Below, piece by piece: positions 19,937-29,212 of a DNA stretch of 64,000 nucleotides. The DNA is taken from positions 33,704-97,703 of the forward strand of contig JBPCLO010000006.1 in NCBI GenBank assembly GCA_051003155.1, given 5' to 3'. The notes under the pieces are model-generated. The model did no database searches. It saw only the letters and a program-made list of their open reading frames with translations, and was not told the origin of the DNA. This stretch comes from Fimbriimonadales bacterium. GTDB lineage: Bacteria > Armatimonadota > Fimbriimonadia > Fimbriimonadales > ATM1. Within the stretch, counting starts at the first letter, position 1; every line of letters starts with the position of its first letter. Both the position numbers and the translations under genes were made by a program.

Positions 19937-20380
19937 ATGATTCACTACCTAACGATCCAAGATGTCCTGTGGATTAACCACGAGGTTACGAAGCAAGTAA
20001 ATCAGTACAAATTCGCACAGCTCGAGGAGGCCACTTTTTATCAATATGGCTACGGAAAGAGCAAGGATGTTTTAGGCCAGGCCGGCGGTTTTCTTGAAGG
20101 ATTCATTAAGCTGCGCCCTTTTACCTCAGGGAATCGCGCCACCGCTTTTGTCAGTGCCCTCTCGTTCCTTAAAATCAACGGATACGACGTGGATCTCGCT
20201 CCCGAGGCGGCAGCGGAATGGGCGTTAAAAGTTGCGAATCGGGAGAAAAAAGGTGTCGCCGCCATCAACGAAATCACCGACAAAGACGCAGGACCCGTCG
20301 AACTCAAGCCAGCTATTAGGACCGAAGTCCACAATATTATGGACCGCTACGAAGATGCAGTCGTTATGCTTTCGGATTAG
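19937..20380 (+). CDS. Fic/Doc-family protein with a degenerate catalytic motif
   Basis: YLTIQDVLWINH N-terminus; RPFTSGNRATA versus canonical HPFxxGNxR; FLKINGY. Confidence 0.8.
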   Translation: MIHYLTIQDVLWINHEVTKQVNQYKFAQLEEATFYQYGYGKSKDVLGQAGGFLEGFIKLRPFTSGNRATAFVSALSFLKINGYDVDLAPEAAAEWALKVANREKKGVAAINEITDKDAGPVELKPAIRTEVHNIMDRYEDAVVMLSD

Positions 20381-21627
20381 TTCATCGGGCTGAACAAAGG
20401 CGTCCGGAATTTCCCTTTGCCTTGCGTGATGTTCTTTTCGCCGCCTCCGCTTTGCTGCACCGTGTAAATATCTCCATCCTTGATAAAGGCCAGGTATTCG
20501 CCGTCGGGACTCCAAGAGGGTTCGGATACGTTCCCACTGGCTACGATATCCGCCTTTCCGACGCCTCCTCGTTCGATGGGGGCGATCAGCAACCCTATGG
20601 TTGTAGTTTTCTCACCGCTCTTTTGTTTTGCCACAAGCGCTACTTTCGTGCCGTCGGGCGAGATTGCAGGCGACTCCATGAACTGATTTCCGTCTTGCGA
20701 AAAAAATATAGGCGTCAGCTTCGCTTCTTTCAGGCCCGCAATAAAAACGGCATGCACGAAATCCCGCGTGACACTGCCGTCCGGCTTCAGTTTCTCTTTC
20801 CGTATCGCGGATAGGATCGGATAGCGGAAGTTGATCACGGCTACCACTGCTTGTGGAGCCGTCGGGTGCATCGCGATATCGATGGTCTCGCCGGCAACTG
20901 GCGCCATTGCGAGGGCATCCTTTTCGTCCGCCGGCTCCATGTCTTGGATGACGAATGCCTGTCCCCGATTCGTTGCGTAGCTTCCTGCGAAGTATTTGCC
21001 GGATCGATCTAGGTAGCCGGCCGTGAACGCCTCCCCTTCGAGTGCCTTTGAAACGATGTTCCAAGCAACGGTGATTGGGTTGTGGGTCTCGCCGGGCTGG
21101 TGAACATGGTCGCCGCTCTCACCTTCCGTAGACTGCTCTTCGCTCGGTGGCATCACGCGAGAAGTTACTAGTTTAGGATAGGTCGTGGACAGGATATCTC
21201 CTTGGCTCGAGTACATGAAGGCCCGCCCCCCCAAGGTGAACCAAGGGTTTTGACGGCCGGCGCCACTCGGCGTGAGTTGAGTCGCATCGTTATCGCGGTC
21301 GGGCAGCCATTCGAATATCTGGTAGGAGCCATTAGGAGCGCGATTCGAAACGAAGAGGACGCGCCTCCCGTCGCGCTTCCAAACAATTTCCCTGTCGTCG
21401 GCCTCCTCACCGCCGGCGAGTTCGCTGACCGCGCCCTTCGGGTCGATCGAAACGAGTCGGTATGTGCTTCCCGTTTCCTTAAGGGCTGCGATGTACCCTT
21501 TGCTATCGACAGCTGGAAAATCGGCAAGAGGCAAGCCTTGTGGGCGGCTTCGCAGCCAAATGGCGCCGGCCACCAGCAGGCCGGCGGCGATAGCGAGCAG
21601 GATCGACCGCACGAGAACTCGATTCAT
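20377..21627 (-). CDS. TolB-like beta-propeller (PD40 repeats), membrane-anchored
   Basis: N-terminal TM segment; PAISPDG and PSWSPDG repeats. Confidence 0.8.
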   Translation of the reverse strand: MNRVLVRSILLAIAAGLLVAGAIWLRSRPQGLPLADFPAVDSKGYIAALKETGSTYRLVSIDPKGAVSELAGGEEADDREIVWKRDGRRVLFVSNRAPNGSYQIFEWLPDRDNDATQLTPSGAGRQNPWFTLGGRAFMYSSQGDILSTTYPKLVTSRVMPPSEEQSTEGESGDHVHQPGETHNPITVAWNIVSKALEGEAFTAGYLDRSGKYFAGSYATNRGQAFVIQDMEPADEKDALAMAPVAGETIDIAMHPTAPQAVVAVINFRYPILSAIRKEKLKPDGSVTRDFVHAVFIAGLKEAKLTPIFFSQDGNQFMESPAISPDGTKVALVAKQKSGEKTTTIGLLIAPIERGGVGKADIVASGNVSEPSWSPDGEYLAFIKDGDIYTVQQSGGGEKNITQGKGKFRTPLFSPMN

Positions 21628-21668
21628 TCTAATGGTAAGGTACCTGACAGGTATTCTAAGGTACAGAA

Positions 21669-22925
21669 ATGAGTCTGTTCGACGAGTCGGCAAAGACCGA
21701 GGAGAGTGGGCCTCTCGCCGCTCGATTAAGGCCGCAGCTGCTCGAAGACTTCGTGGGACAAGAGCACCTTTCGGGTCCCGATTCCCCTTTGCGCGGCGCC
21801 ATCGAGCGGGGTGCGCTCGGCTCCGTTATCTTGTGGGGGCCGGCGGGCACCGGGAAGACCACGCTGGCGCGTATCATCGCCCAGAACGCAGATGCCCGGC
21901 TCGAATCGCGTAGCGCAGTGACCTGCGGCGTAGCTGAAATTAAGAAAATCGCCGAGGCCGCACGGCTGTCTCTTCGGCCGACGCTGCTATTTCTCGACGA
22001 GATCCACCATTTCAGCCGAACCCAGCAAGACTCGCTTTTGGGTTATGTGGAGGAGGGGACTCTTACGCTGATCGGAGCGACGACGGAGAACCCGGCATTC
22101 AGCTTGGCGACCTCCCTGATGTCCCGCTGTCGGGTGTTGGTTTTGAAGCCACTTCGCGACGCGGATATCGAGACTATCGTCGGTAAGGGGCTCGATGTGC
22201 TCGATGTGGAGATCGGGGACGACGCCCTTACGCAACTGTGCCGTTGGGCGAACGGCGATGCCCGCACCGCTCTTAACGGCTTAGAGTTGTCCGCTCAGAT
22301 CGCGTTCCCGGGCAACACGATCCGATCCGAGCACATAGCCACGGCGATGAATAGGCCTGTGACGAGGTACGACCGCAAGGGCGACCAGCATTACGACGTA
22401 ATCTCTGCGTTCATCAAGTCCGTGCGGGGAAGTGATGTGGATGCCTCCTTGCACTACTTGGCGCGAATGATCAAGGCAGGCGAGGAGCCGCGGTTTATTG
22501 CGCGGCGAATTGTCATTTTGGCCAGCGAAGACATCGGCAACGCAGCTCCCATGGGGCTGCTCGTGGCGATGGCGGCCCTCCACGTTGTAGAGAGAATTGG
22601 AATGCCGGAGGCACGAATCTCCTTGGCTCAGGCTACGATTTTCTTGGCAGCGTCACCCAAATCGAATTCGGCTTACCTGGCCATCGACAAAGCCCTTGAC
22701 GATCTCGACGACAAGCCCGCGCCGCGCGTGCCTGACTATTTGAGAGATCCTAACACGAAGATCTACGAAGAGGCAGAAGGCGAATACCGGTACCCGCACG
22801 ATTTCGGCGGCTGGGTCGACCAGGAGTATCTGCCAGACGCTCACGGGCTCGACCTGCCTTACTACCGGCCACTTCGCCAAGGATACGAATCTAAGATCGC
22901 CGAGTTCCTAGAAATGTTAAAATAG
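21669..22925 (+). CDS. rarA: Replication-associated recombination protein A (MgsA)
   Basis: PLAARLRP, WGPAGTGKTT, DEIH, GATTENP, SAFIKSVRGSD, ASEDIG, YRYPHD. Confidence 0.96.
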   Translation: MSLFDESAKTEESGPLAARLRPQLLEDFVGQEHLSGPDSPLRGAIERGALGSVILWGPAGTGKTTLARIIAQNADARLESRSAVTCGVAEIKKIAEAARLSLRPTLLFLDEIHHFSRTQQDSLLGYVEEGTLTLIGATTENPAFSLATSLMSRCRVLVLKPLRDADIETIVGKGLDVLDVEIGDDALTQLCRWANGDARTALNGLELSAQIAFPGNTIRSEHIATAMNRPVTRYDRKGDQHYDVISAFIKSVRGSDVDASLHYLARMIKAGEEPRFIARRIVILASEDIGNAAPMGLLVAMAALHVVERIGMPEARISLAQATIFLAASPKSNSAYLAIDKALDDLDDKPAPRVPDYLRDPNTKIYEEAEGEYRYPHDFGGWVDQEYLPDAHGLDLPYYRPLRQGYESKIAEFLEMLK

Positions 22926-22926
22926 T

Positions 22927-23092
22927 AGAAGCTTCCACCAGCCGAAATAATCCGCGAGCGAACTCGCCGATCAACGGTATTGACCGAAGTCAAGGAACGT
23001 CAAAAATTTGCAAAACATTCGAGTTGCCTCGTCTGCTGCGGCTTTCTGGGTCCCCGCTCTTGCGAGCTACCAAATCGGTGGCAAAAGCCTCT
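22927..23092 (-). ncRNA. Unidentified structured ncRNA, copy A (about 166 nt, five-way junction)
   Basis: 14-bp terminal stem AGAGGCUUUUGCCA/UGGUGGAAGCUUCU; hairpins capped by GCAA, GCAA, UUCG and UUCG; sigma70-like promoter directly upstream; paralog at 51533-51723. Confidence 0.8.
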
Positions 23093-23098
23093 GAAATC

Positions 23099-23190
23099 AT
23101 AGTACCAACAGAAAAGCCAAAAAGCAAGCGAATGTTGTGGTTCTTTCGCCGCGGTTTTTCTCCTGACACCTTTCCCACATCTTATGCACA
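23099..23190 (-). promoter_or_regulatory. Regulatory block of ncRNA copy A: two DnaA-box-like sites, conserved motif and promoter
   Basis: TGTGCATAA (23190-23182), TGTGGGAAA (23179-23171), CCGCGGCGAAAGAACC (23154-23139), -35 TTGCTT (23127-23122), 17-nt spacer, -10 TACTAT (23104-23099). Confidence 0.75.
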
Positions 23191-23237
23191 GGTCGGCTCC
23201 GGGAACTCCGTCCAAGGTCGTTTGAGTAGCTAGCCAC

Positions 23238-24725
23238 ATGTACTGTGCCCTCTATGTTGCGCGCACATGCGCGATCGCCTTCGTCGTCGCCTCATCGGTC
23301 GCGTTTGCACAGTATTCCGGTTCTGCTCCGGTATCCGCGCCGTTTAAGAAGGGATTCGACAGCATCACCCAAGAAGACTGCAAGAAGTGGCTGGAGGTGC
23401 TCGCCGGCGAAGAGTGCGCGGGCAGAGGCACGGGTCAGCCGGGATATCAAAAGGCCGCCGACTACATGGCTGCGCGCTTTAAGGAGTTCGGCCTCAAGCC
23501 GGTCGGCGATAACGGCACATATTTCCAACAAGTTCCTTTTGAGCAAAGGCGGATGAACCCTGAACAGAGCACCATTTCAATCGGATCGAAAGCCATCAAG
23601 GCGTCGGCGGGGTTCAAGCTCGATCGCCTCCATGGAAGCGCAGAAGCGAGAGGACCTATTGTGTTCTTTCGCGCGAACGGCAACGGAGTTTCGCTGCCAC
23701 ATGCGGACGAAATTGCAGGCAAGATTATTATCGCGGCCATCGGGTCTGACGCGACGGGCATTCGTCGAGGACTCACCCGATCAGCCGCCGCAGCCGTCCT
23801 TTTCGTAACTAAGGAAGCGATCGACAACGAGTGGACATTCGGGCGGCAATCCTCCGGACAGGGAAACCAGCGAAGCCTCCAAGGGCGGGTGAGTCAGAAA
23901 TGTGCCAATGACCTTGCCAAGGCCGCCGGGATCAACACAGAGTTCGTCGATCTTGAAAGTCTGGCAGGCGAAACGATCGAACTGTCGGGAACTAGCCAAG
24001 AAGCGAAGCTCGTTGCCAAGCTCGAAGAGGTTCCTGTGGGTGTACCCAATGTGGTTGGCTTGCTCGAAGGCTCCGACCCGGTCCTGAAGAGTGAGATCGT
24101 CGGAATCGGCTCGCACTTGGATCACCTCGGCAAGCAGGACGGTGTTATCTACTACGGCGCGGACGACGACGGGTCTGGCTCCACCGCGCTTTTGGCCGTG
24201 GCGAAGGCTTTCTCCAAGAGCCCTAAAAAGCCGAAGCGCAGTATCCTTTTCATGGCCTTTTGCGGCGAAGAAATGGGGCTCATCGGTTCCGGCCACTATT
24301 CGGATCATCCCATCTTTCCGAACGACAAAATGATCTGCGAGCTGCAAATGGACATGGTCGGGCGAAACGAGCAGAAGGATGTGGAAAAGCCCGAAGATAA
24401 CGTGGACACGATTCACCTGGTGGGCAGCAAGAAACTTTCGACCGAGCTGCACGACCTTGTACTCGAGGCCAACAAGCACGTGAATTTCAAGTTCGAGTGG
24501 GACGAGGAGGATGTCTACACGCGAAGCGACCACTACATGTTCGCGAAGGTCGGGATTCCGATTGCGTTCGTGTTCAGCGGCTTCCATCCCGATTATCACC
24601 AGCCGTCCGACACGATCGAAAAGATCAACTTCGAGAAGATAGCGAACACTGCGAAGCTGTACTACTTGGTGGCAGACATGGCTGCCAACCGCGAACAGCG
24701 TTTCAAGATCGACGGAAAGGGCTAA
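23238..24725 (+). CDS. M28-family metallopeptidase, exported
   Basis: Signal peptide, GRGTG, SHLDHLG, GADDDGSG, GEEMGLIGS, DMVGR, RSDH, DYHQPSD. Confidence 0.92.
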   Translation: MYCALYVARTCAIAFVVASSVAFAQYSGSAPVSAPFKKGFDSITQEDCKKWLEVLAGEECAGRGTGQPGYQKAADYMAARFKEFGLKPVGDNGTYFQQVPFEQRRMNPEQSTISIGSKAIKASAGFKLDRLHGSAEARGPIVFFRANGNGVSLPHADEIAGKIIIAAIGSDATGIRRGLTRSAAAAVLFVTKEAIDNEWTFGRQSSGQGNQRSLQGRVSQKCANDLAKAAGINTEFVDLESLAGETIELSGTSQEAKLVAKLEEVPVGVPNVVGLLEGSDPVLKSEIVGIGSHLDHLGKQDGVIYYGADDDGSGSTALLAVAKAFSKSPKKPKRSILFMAFCGEEMGLIGSGHYSDHPIFPNDKMICELQMDMVGRNEQKDVEKPEDNVDTIHLVGSKKLSTELHDLVLEANKHVNFKFEWDEEDVYTRSDHYMFAKVGIPIAFVFSGFHPDYHQPSDTIEKINFEKIANTAKLYYLVADMAANREQRFKIDGKG

Positions 24726-25477
24726 GCCAGCCCGATCACGTTGCCGGCTTGGTGCGCGCGGAGAATCCGAGCCAAGCTCTTTTCATCGACGTCTCCGGAT
24801 GGAATGACGACTGCAAGCAATCCTCCACCACGGTCGAGGTTCATAACGAGTTCCTGAACGCGGACTTGCGGCAGCCCCTTATGCTGGAGGGCCCCGCTTA
24901 AGGTGAGGCGATCCGAATCTAAGAGAAGTGCGGAGATCTCGCCGCTTCCGAGAATGACGCCGACATCTTGAACTGGTTGAGCGGGCAAAGCCGCATAGAT
25001 CCCGGCCGCGGCTCCGAACTCCATCCCCTTGATTGCTCCTCCGTCTGACCGATCCGCGATATCGGTTCTCGAGACGTAATCACTGCTGGTTTCGGTTAGA
25101 TCGCCGATTTCCCCCTCGCGCCGATCCACCGGGCCGCCGGGGTACATCAGGTCCTCGGCAACCGATTGCCCGTCGTCCATCTCGCCTACGTTGGAAACAT
25201 CGTCATCGGGAGTCGAGGTGCTTATACCACCGCCGATCGGGGATTCGTGCAGAAACGGTTCGCGATCGGGGTCGACGAACGCGTCGGTGCGATCTATCAC
25301 CAGGTCGCTCTCGAGGTGAAGCGGCATTCCGGGATCGTCGAGCGAGGACATCCGATCGTCGGATATCCCGCCGAGAACTAGGCTTATGTTTTCCGGCGGA
25401 ACGCCAAGGTCCAAGATTTCGGACGTGGCTGCTTCGGCCGCGTGGCTGGATGGGAACGACGCGTAGTAAGTGGGCAT
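24722..25477 (-). CDS. Acidic hypothetical protein (general-stress-protein-like)
   Basis: YASF...AEAA...LG...ENISLV and GAIKG...GAAAG; TAGAAT 7 nt upstream of the ATG. Confidence 0.6.
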   Translation of the reverse strand: MPTYYASFPSSHAAEAATSEILDLGVPPENISLVLGGISDDRMSSLDDPGMPLHLESDLVIDRTDAFVDPDREPFLHESPIGGGISTSTPDDDVSNVGEMDDGQSVAEDLMYPGGPVDRREGEIGDLTETSSDYVSRTDIADRSDGGAIKGMEFGAAAGIYAALPAQPVQDVGVILGSGEISALLLDSDRLTLSGALQHKGLPQVRVQELVMNLDRGGGLLAVVIPSGDVDEKSLARILRAHQAGNVIGLA

Positions 25478-25497
25478 CGCGTCCATTCTACGCGCCC

Positions 25498-27369
25498 TCA
25501 AGCAATTCGGTCGCCAGGGTTCAACTCGCAGGTGATGAACATCCGCCGCCAAAGCTCCAGTTGGAAAAGGCACCAGAGCTTTTTGGAGTGGTCCCGAGCG
25601 CGCGACTGATGCTCCTCGATCAACTTTTTGAGATGAGCCGCATCGAACCATTCGCGGCACCCGGAGTCGCCGGCCAGCAATACTGCTTCTAGAGAGTCTT
25701 TCCACGGGCCTCGGAACCACTCGCCAACGGGGAGCTTGAATCCCCACTTCTTCCGGGCGAGAATCTCCTCGGGCAGATACTCCCCTGCGATTTGCATCAG
25801 CGGGTATTTGCCGTTCGGGCCGCGGAGCCGGAAATCCGCGGGCATGTGTCCCACCGCGTACTCGATCACGCGATGGTCGAGAAACGGGCAGCGGAGTTCA
25901 AGCGAGTGCGCCATCGTCATGCGGTCGCCGCGCAGGAGTAAGTTCGCCGGCAGCCACTCCCGGAAGTCGAGGTACATCATCAAGTCCGCTGCCTTGTCGG
26001 AACGGAAACCTTTGGAGCGCTGACGCCCGTAGGCGGTCGGAGACCCTTTCGGTTTCTTGCCGCCGTAAAGCTCCTGTCTTTCGCGGCTGCTGAACGCCCC
26101 GAACCAGCGGGCGAAGCGTTCGAATTTATCCGATTCGGCGAGCGCCGCAAGCATCGTGTTTCTGCGCTCCGAACCAGGACGAAACAGCGTCGCCAGCGGC
26201 GACGCGGCGGCTCCTATCGGGCCGAACTTCTGGAGGAGATTTTCAGCGCGGTACTTCGGGTAGCCGCCGAGAATCTCGTCGCTGCCCTCGCCGCTCAGAA
26301 CGACCGTAACTTCCGTTCGTGCCAGCTCCGCGAGCTTGTAAATCGCCAAATCGGATGGCTCGCTGATGGGGGTTTCACGCGCCATCAGAACCTTGCCGAC
26401 GACCGAGAGCATTTCGCCTGATGTAGCGACGATTTCGAAATGCTCAGTACCCAAGTGGTCGGACACGAGGCGAGCCATCGGCGTTTCGCTGAAGCCTGTG
26501 TCGAAGCCGACGGAGAACGTTTTGAGCGTCCCCGTTGTGACCTTTCGAATCAGAGCGCAAATCATCGACGAATCGATGCCTCCCGAAAGAAAGGCTCCTA
26601 CCGGAACGTCCGCGACCATCCTCGTAGCGACGGCTCGGGTTAACTCCTCCTGAAATGCCGCGCACATCTCCACCTCGGTTAGATGAGCAAGGCGGCATGG
26701 TTCGGGATAGCTCCAAAACGACTCCGGCTCGGCCATTGAACCGTCCGGCCGCACCCCGATCCATGTTCCCATTGGGAGGCACTCGATGTCTTTGAATAGG
26801 GTCTCGTTGCCCGGGAGGTAGCGGTGGGTGACCCATGTCGCGATTTGCGAGGTGTCGATATCTCGTGGCACCGCAGGGTGCGTTAGTAGGGCTTTGATCT
26901 CGGAGGCAAAAGCGAAGCCACCGGTCCATCGATAGAAATACAGCGGCTTCTTACCGCACCTGTCGCGGGCAAGGAACAGCCGCTGCTCGCGCGCATCCCA
27001 GAGTGCGAGCGCGAACATCCCTGCCAAACGCTTAATGCAATCGGGCCCCCACTGCTGCCATGCGTGCAGGATAGTTTCCGTGTCGCTCGTGGTGTTGTAG
27101 TTCCCGCCAAGCTCTCGGCGAACGTCGAGGTGATTGTAGATCTCACCGTTGAAGACTATCGTGTAGCGGCCGTCGGGAGTAGACATCGGCTGATGGCCAC
27201 AAGCAAGGTCGAGGATCGATAGCCGCCGGAATCCGAGAGCGACCGGACCGTCGATGAACGCGCCCGAGTCGTCGGGACCGCGATGGGCGACCGCGTCCGT
27301 CATGCCCGTCAGCAATTCAGGGTCCGGTCGGTCGCCATCACGTAACAGAAAGCCTGCAATCCCGCACAT
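25498..27369 (-). CDS. asnB: Asparagine synthase (glutamine-hydrolysing) family amidotransferase
   Basis: MCGIAG, HRGPD, FNGEIYN, FLSGGIDSS, SGEGSDE, DRMTMAHSLELRCPFLD. Confidence 0.93.
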   Translation of the reverse strand: MCGIAGFLLRDGDRPDPELLTGMTDAVAHRGPDDSGAFIDGPVALGFRRLSILDLACGHQPMSTPDGRYTIVFNGEIYNHLDVRRELGGNYNTTSDTETILHAWQQWGPDCIKRLAGMFALALWDAREQRLFLARDRCGKKPLYFYRWTGGFAFASEIKALLTHPAVPRDIDTSQIATWVTHRYLPGNETLFKDIECLPMGTWIGVRPDGSMAEPESFWSYPEPCRLAHLTEVEMCAAFQEELTRAVATRMVADVPVGAFLSGGIDSSMICALIRKVTTGTLKTFSVGFDTGFSETPMARLVSDHLGTEHFEIVATSGEMLSVVGKVLMARETPISEPSDLAIYKLAELARTEVTVVLSGEGSDEILGGYPKYRAENLLQKFGPIGAAASPLATLFRPGSERRNTMLAALAESDKFERFARWFGAFSSRERQELYGGKKPKGSPTAYGRQRSKGFRSDKAADLMMYLDFREWLPANLLLRGDRMTMAHSLELRCPFLDHRVIEYAVGHMPADFRLRGPNGKYPLMQIAGEYLPEEILARKKWGFKLPVGEWFRGPWKDSLEAVLLAGDSGCREWFDAAHLKKLIEEHQSRARDHSKKLWCLFQLELWRRMFITCELNPGDRIA

Positions 27370-27371
27370 CT

Positions 27372-29090
27372 TTAGGGCAGCCTCCGCAAGGACGTCGTCA
27401 CGCTCCAATTCTGGCCCCTCGCCTTCGCCCGAAGCTGATGAATCGGGGACTTTTGGCCGAATTGGCGTGAATAGAAGCCTGCTGGCGCCTGCTCGTCCCC
27501 GTAGAAGGTCTCAATCGTGTAGGGCAAGCTACTTTCTATTTCCATCGAGAATCGTTTGCCGGACGGAGTGGTGAGTGTGATTCGATTGCCGATCGCTACG
27601 AGGCCGACGTACTGGCCGAAATTCCAGATTAGCTCGTAGCCGTGCGGCTTGCCAAGGCCCGACAGGGTGTCCGCAACCTGCAAGAGTCTATCAGAGGATG
27701 GAAGTGTAACACGCCGAAGGTGAGTGACGGGGTCTGCCAGCCGCTTGTAACCGTCGTGCGCGCCTTCGAACTCGCGCTCGGCAATCTGATGAAGCCTGCC
27801 GTTGGCTTGTGTCGACCAAAGGAACGCGCCGCCGAATTCGGCCTGATCTGTGCCATCCACCCTCACCGTGTTATGGGCGGCCGTTCCCTTGAAGTATCGC
27901 CTCCAGAAGTCGTCTTCGTGGTAGCAGAAGGTGCCTGAATCCGTGAGAAGTTCTTCTTCGCCGTCACTTAGGATGATCGAGAGCTGGTCGCAGTGTGCAT
28001 GGGCGGCGATTGAAGGGTAGCCGAAGGGCCCGGCACGAAAGCAACCCCGAAGATCGCCCTCCCGAAAAATCACATAGCCACCTTCTGGGTAGACCTGGAG
28101 GTAGTCCCCTTGAGGCGGGGGCGGGAACCGTTCGAGGGGCATTACTCCATCGTCTCGATCGCCAATTTCGAACCATATGCCTGGCGAGCGGCTCATGGCG
28201 CCCACGAAGCCGGACATTTTGTCGATGACTTCGTCGAGAGCGTCCTCCATGCCGAGGCCGAGTTTTTGCGCATAACCTCGTCCCTTCTCGAAAAAGCCCA
28301 AGACGTAGGCATGGTAGTAGTTCGCTTGCTCACGGTCGACGCCGTCAGGAGTTACCTGTCGTCCGGCTTCCATGATGAGGTTGTGCCATGCGTTGGTGGC
28401 CCAAGGTTCCGCGGTATTTCGATCCAGTAAGCATCCGGCTGCAAGCACCCCGACGAGCTCGCCGACTAGATGGTTATTGGCAGACGAGAAAAGCGACGGA
28501 AATTGCAGGATGTGCTCGATCTGTTCCTGTGCCGACCGCCGGATGATGGAAAGATAAGGCGCGATTTCGGTGTTCGACGAGTAAGGCTCCATGGCCGCCT
28601 GCCAAGCGATCATTCGGAACGCGTGTTCGAGGCTGCTGGCCCAATTGATGCCGAGAGGACGGGGGTTTTCGGCGATCCAATGGAGGATGATGCCCACCGT
28701 GGCGAGCATCGCGTCGTTCGACGGGTACCTGTTCCAATCGATGAGAAAGCTGTGGCGGTTCAGCTCCCAGATGTTCTTCGGATTTCCGTACTTTTCGGCG
28801 TCGCGATAATCGATCGTCGGCCAAGGATCGAGGGGGGCTCGAATTTGGGATTTCGCATCCAGGTGCCAATCGGGAAGTTCGGCGGGATAGTCGAACGATT
28901 CGTCGAAAAACGCTACGCGGTAGCTCTTCGTCGGCCTTTCCATGGAGTCGTAGGCAAGCTTGGCTTCTTCGACAAGGATCGACTTGGGCCGCCGACGGTC
29001 TTTTCGTGCTCTGAGAGATTGACTCGACCGAAAAAGGAGTTCCGGAACGCTCATGGCGCGAAGGCGTTTCAGTTTCCATGCAAGCGACAT
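27372..29090 (-). CDS. Heparinase II/III-family protein
   Basis: WELNRH, ANNHL, AHAHCDQLS, DSGT..Y, AHNTV. Confidence 0.88.
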   Translation of the reverse strand: MSLAWKLKRLRAMSVPELLFRSSQSLRARKDRRRPKSILVEEAKLAYDSMERPTKSYRVAFFDESFDYPAELPDWHLDAKSQIRAPLDPWPTIDYRDAEKYGNPKNIWELNRHSFLIDWNRYPSNDAMLATVGIILHWIAENPRPLGINWASSLEHAFRMIAWQAAMEPYSSNTEIAPYLSIIRRSAQEQIEHILQFPSLFSSANNHLVGELVGVLAAGCLLDRNTAEPWATNAWHNLIMEAGRQVTPDGVDREQANYYHAYVLGFFEKGRGYAQKLGLGMEDALDEVIDKMSGFVGAMSRSPGIWFEIGDRDDGVMPLERFPPPPQGDYLQVYPEGGYVIFREGDLRGCFRAGPFGYPSIAAHAHCDQLSIILSDGEEELLTDSGTFCYHEDDFWRRYFKGTAAHNTVRVDGTDQAEFGGAFLWSTQANGRLHQIAEREFEGAHDGYKRLADPVTHLRRVTLPSSDRLLQVADTLSGLGKPHGYELIWNFGQYVGLVAIGNRITLTTPSGKRFSMEIESSLPYTIETFYGDEQAPAGFYSRQFGQKSPIHQLRAKARGQNWSVTTSLRRLP

Positions 29091-29212
29091 ATATATTTGG
29101 CGGTTCGGGGGTGGCGCCGACGCTACGATGATGCTACATTTTAGCCCTGCTTGCTCCAACGATCTCACGCGGTCGTCAGGTTCCATGATGCTTGCGGTAT
29201 CGTCAGTTCCCT

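Noticed and set aside
23160..23200. Chromosomal origin oriC
   Set aside because: Only two boxes per locus, no dnaA/dnaN nearby, and the same module recurs at 51423; cannot be fully excluded without GC-skew analysis.
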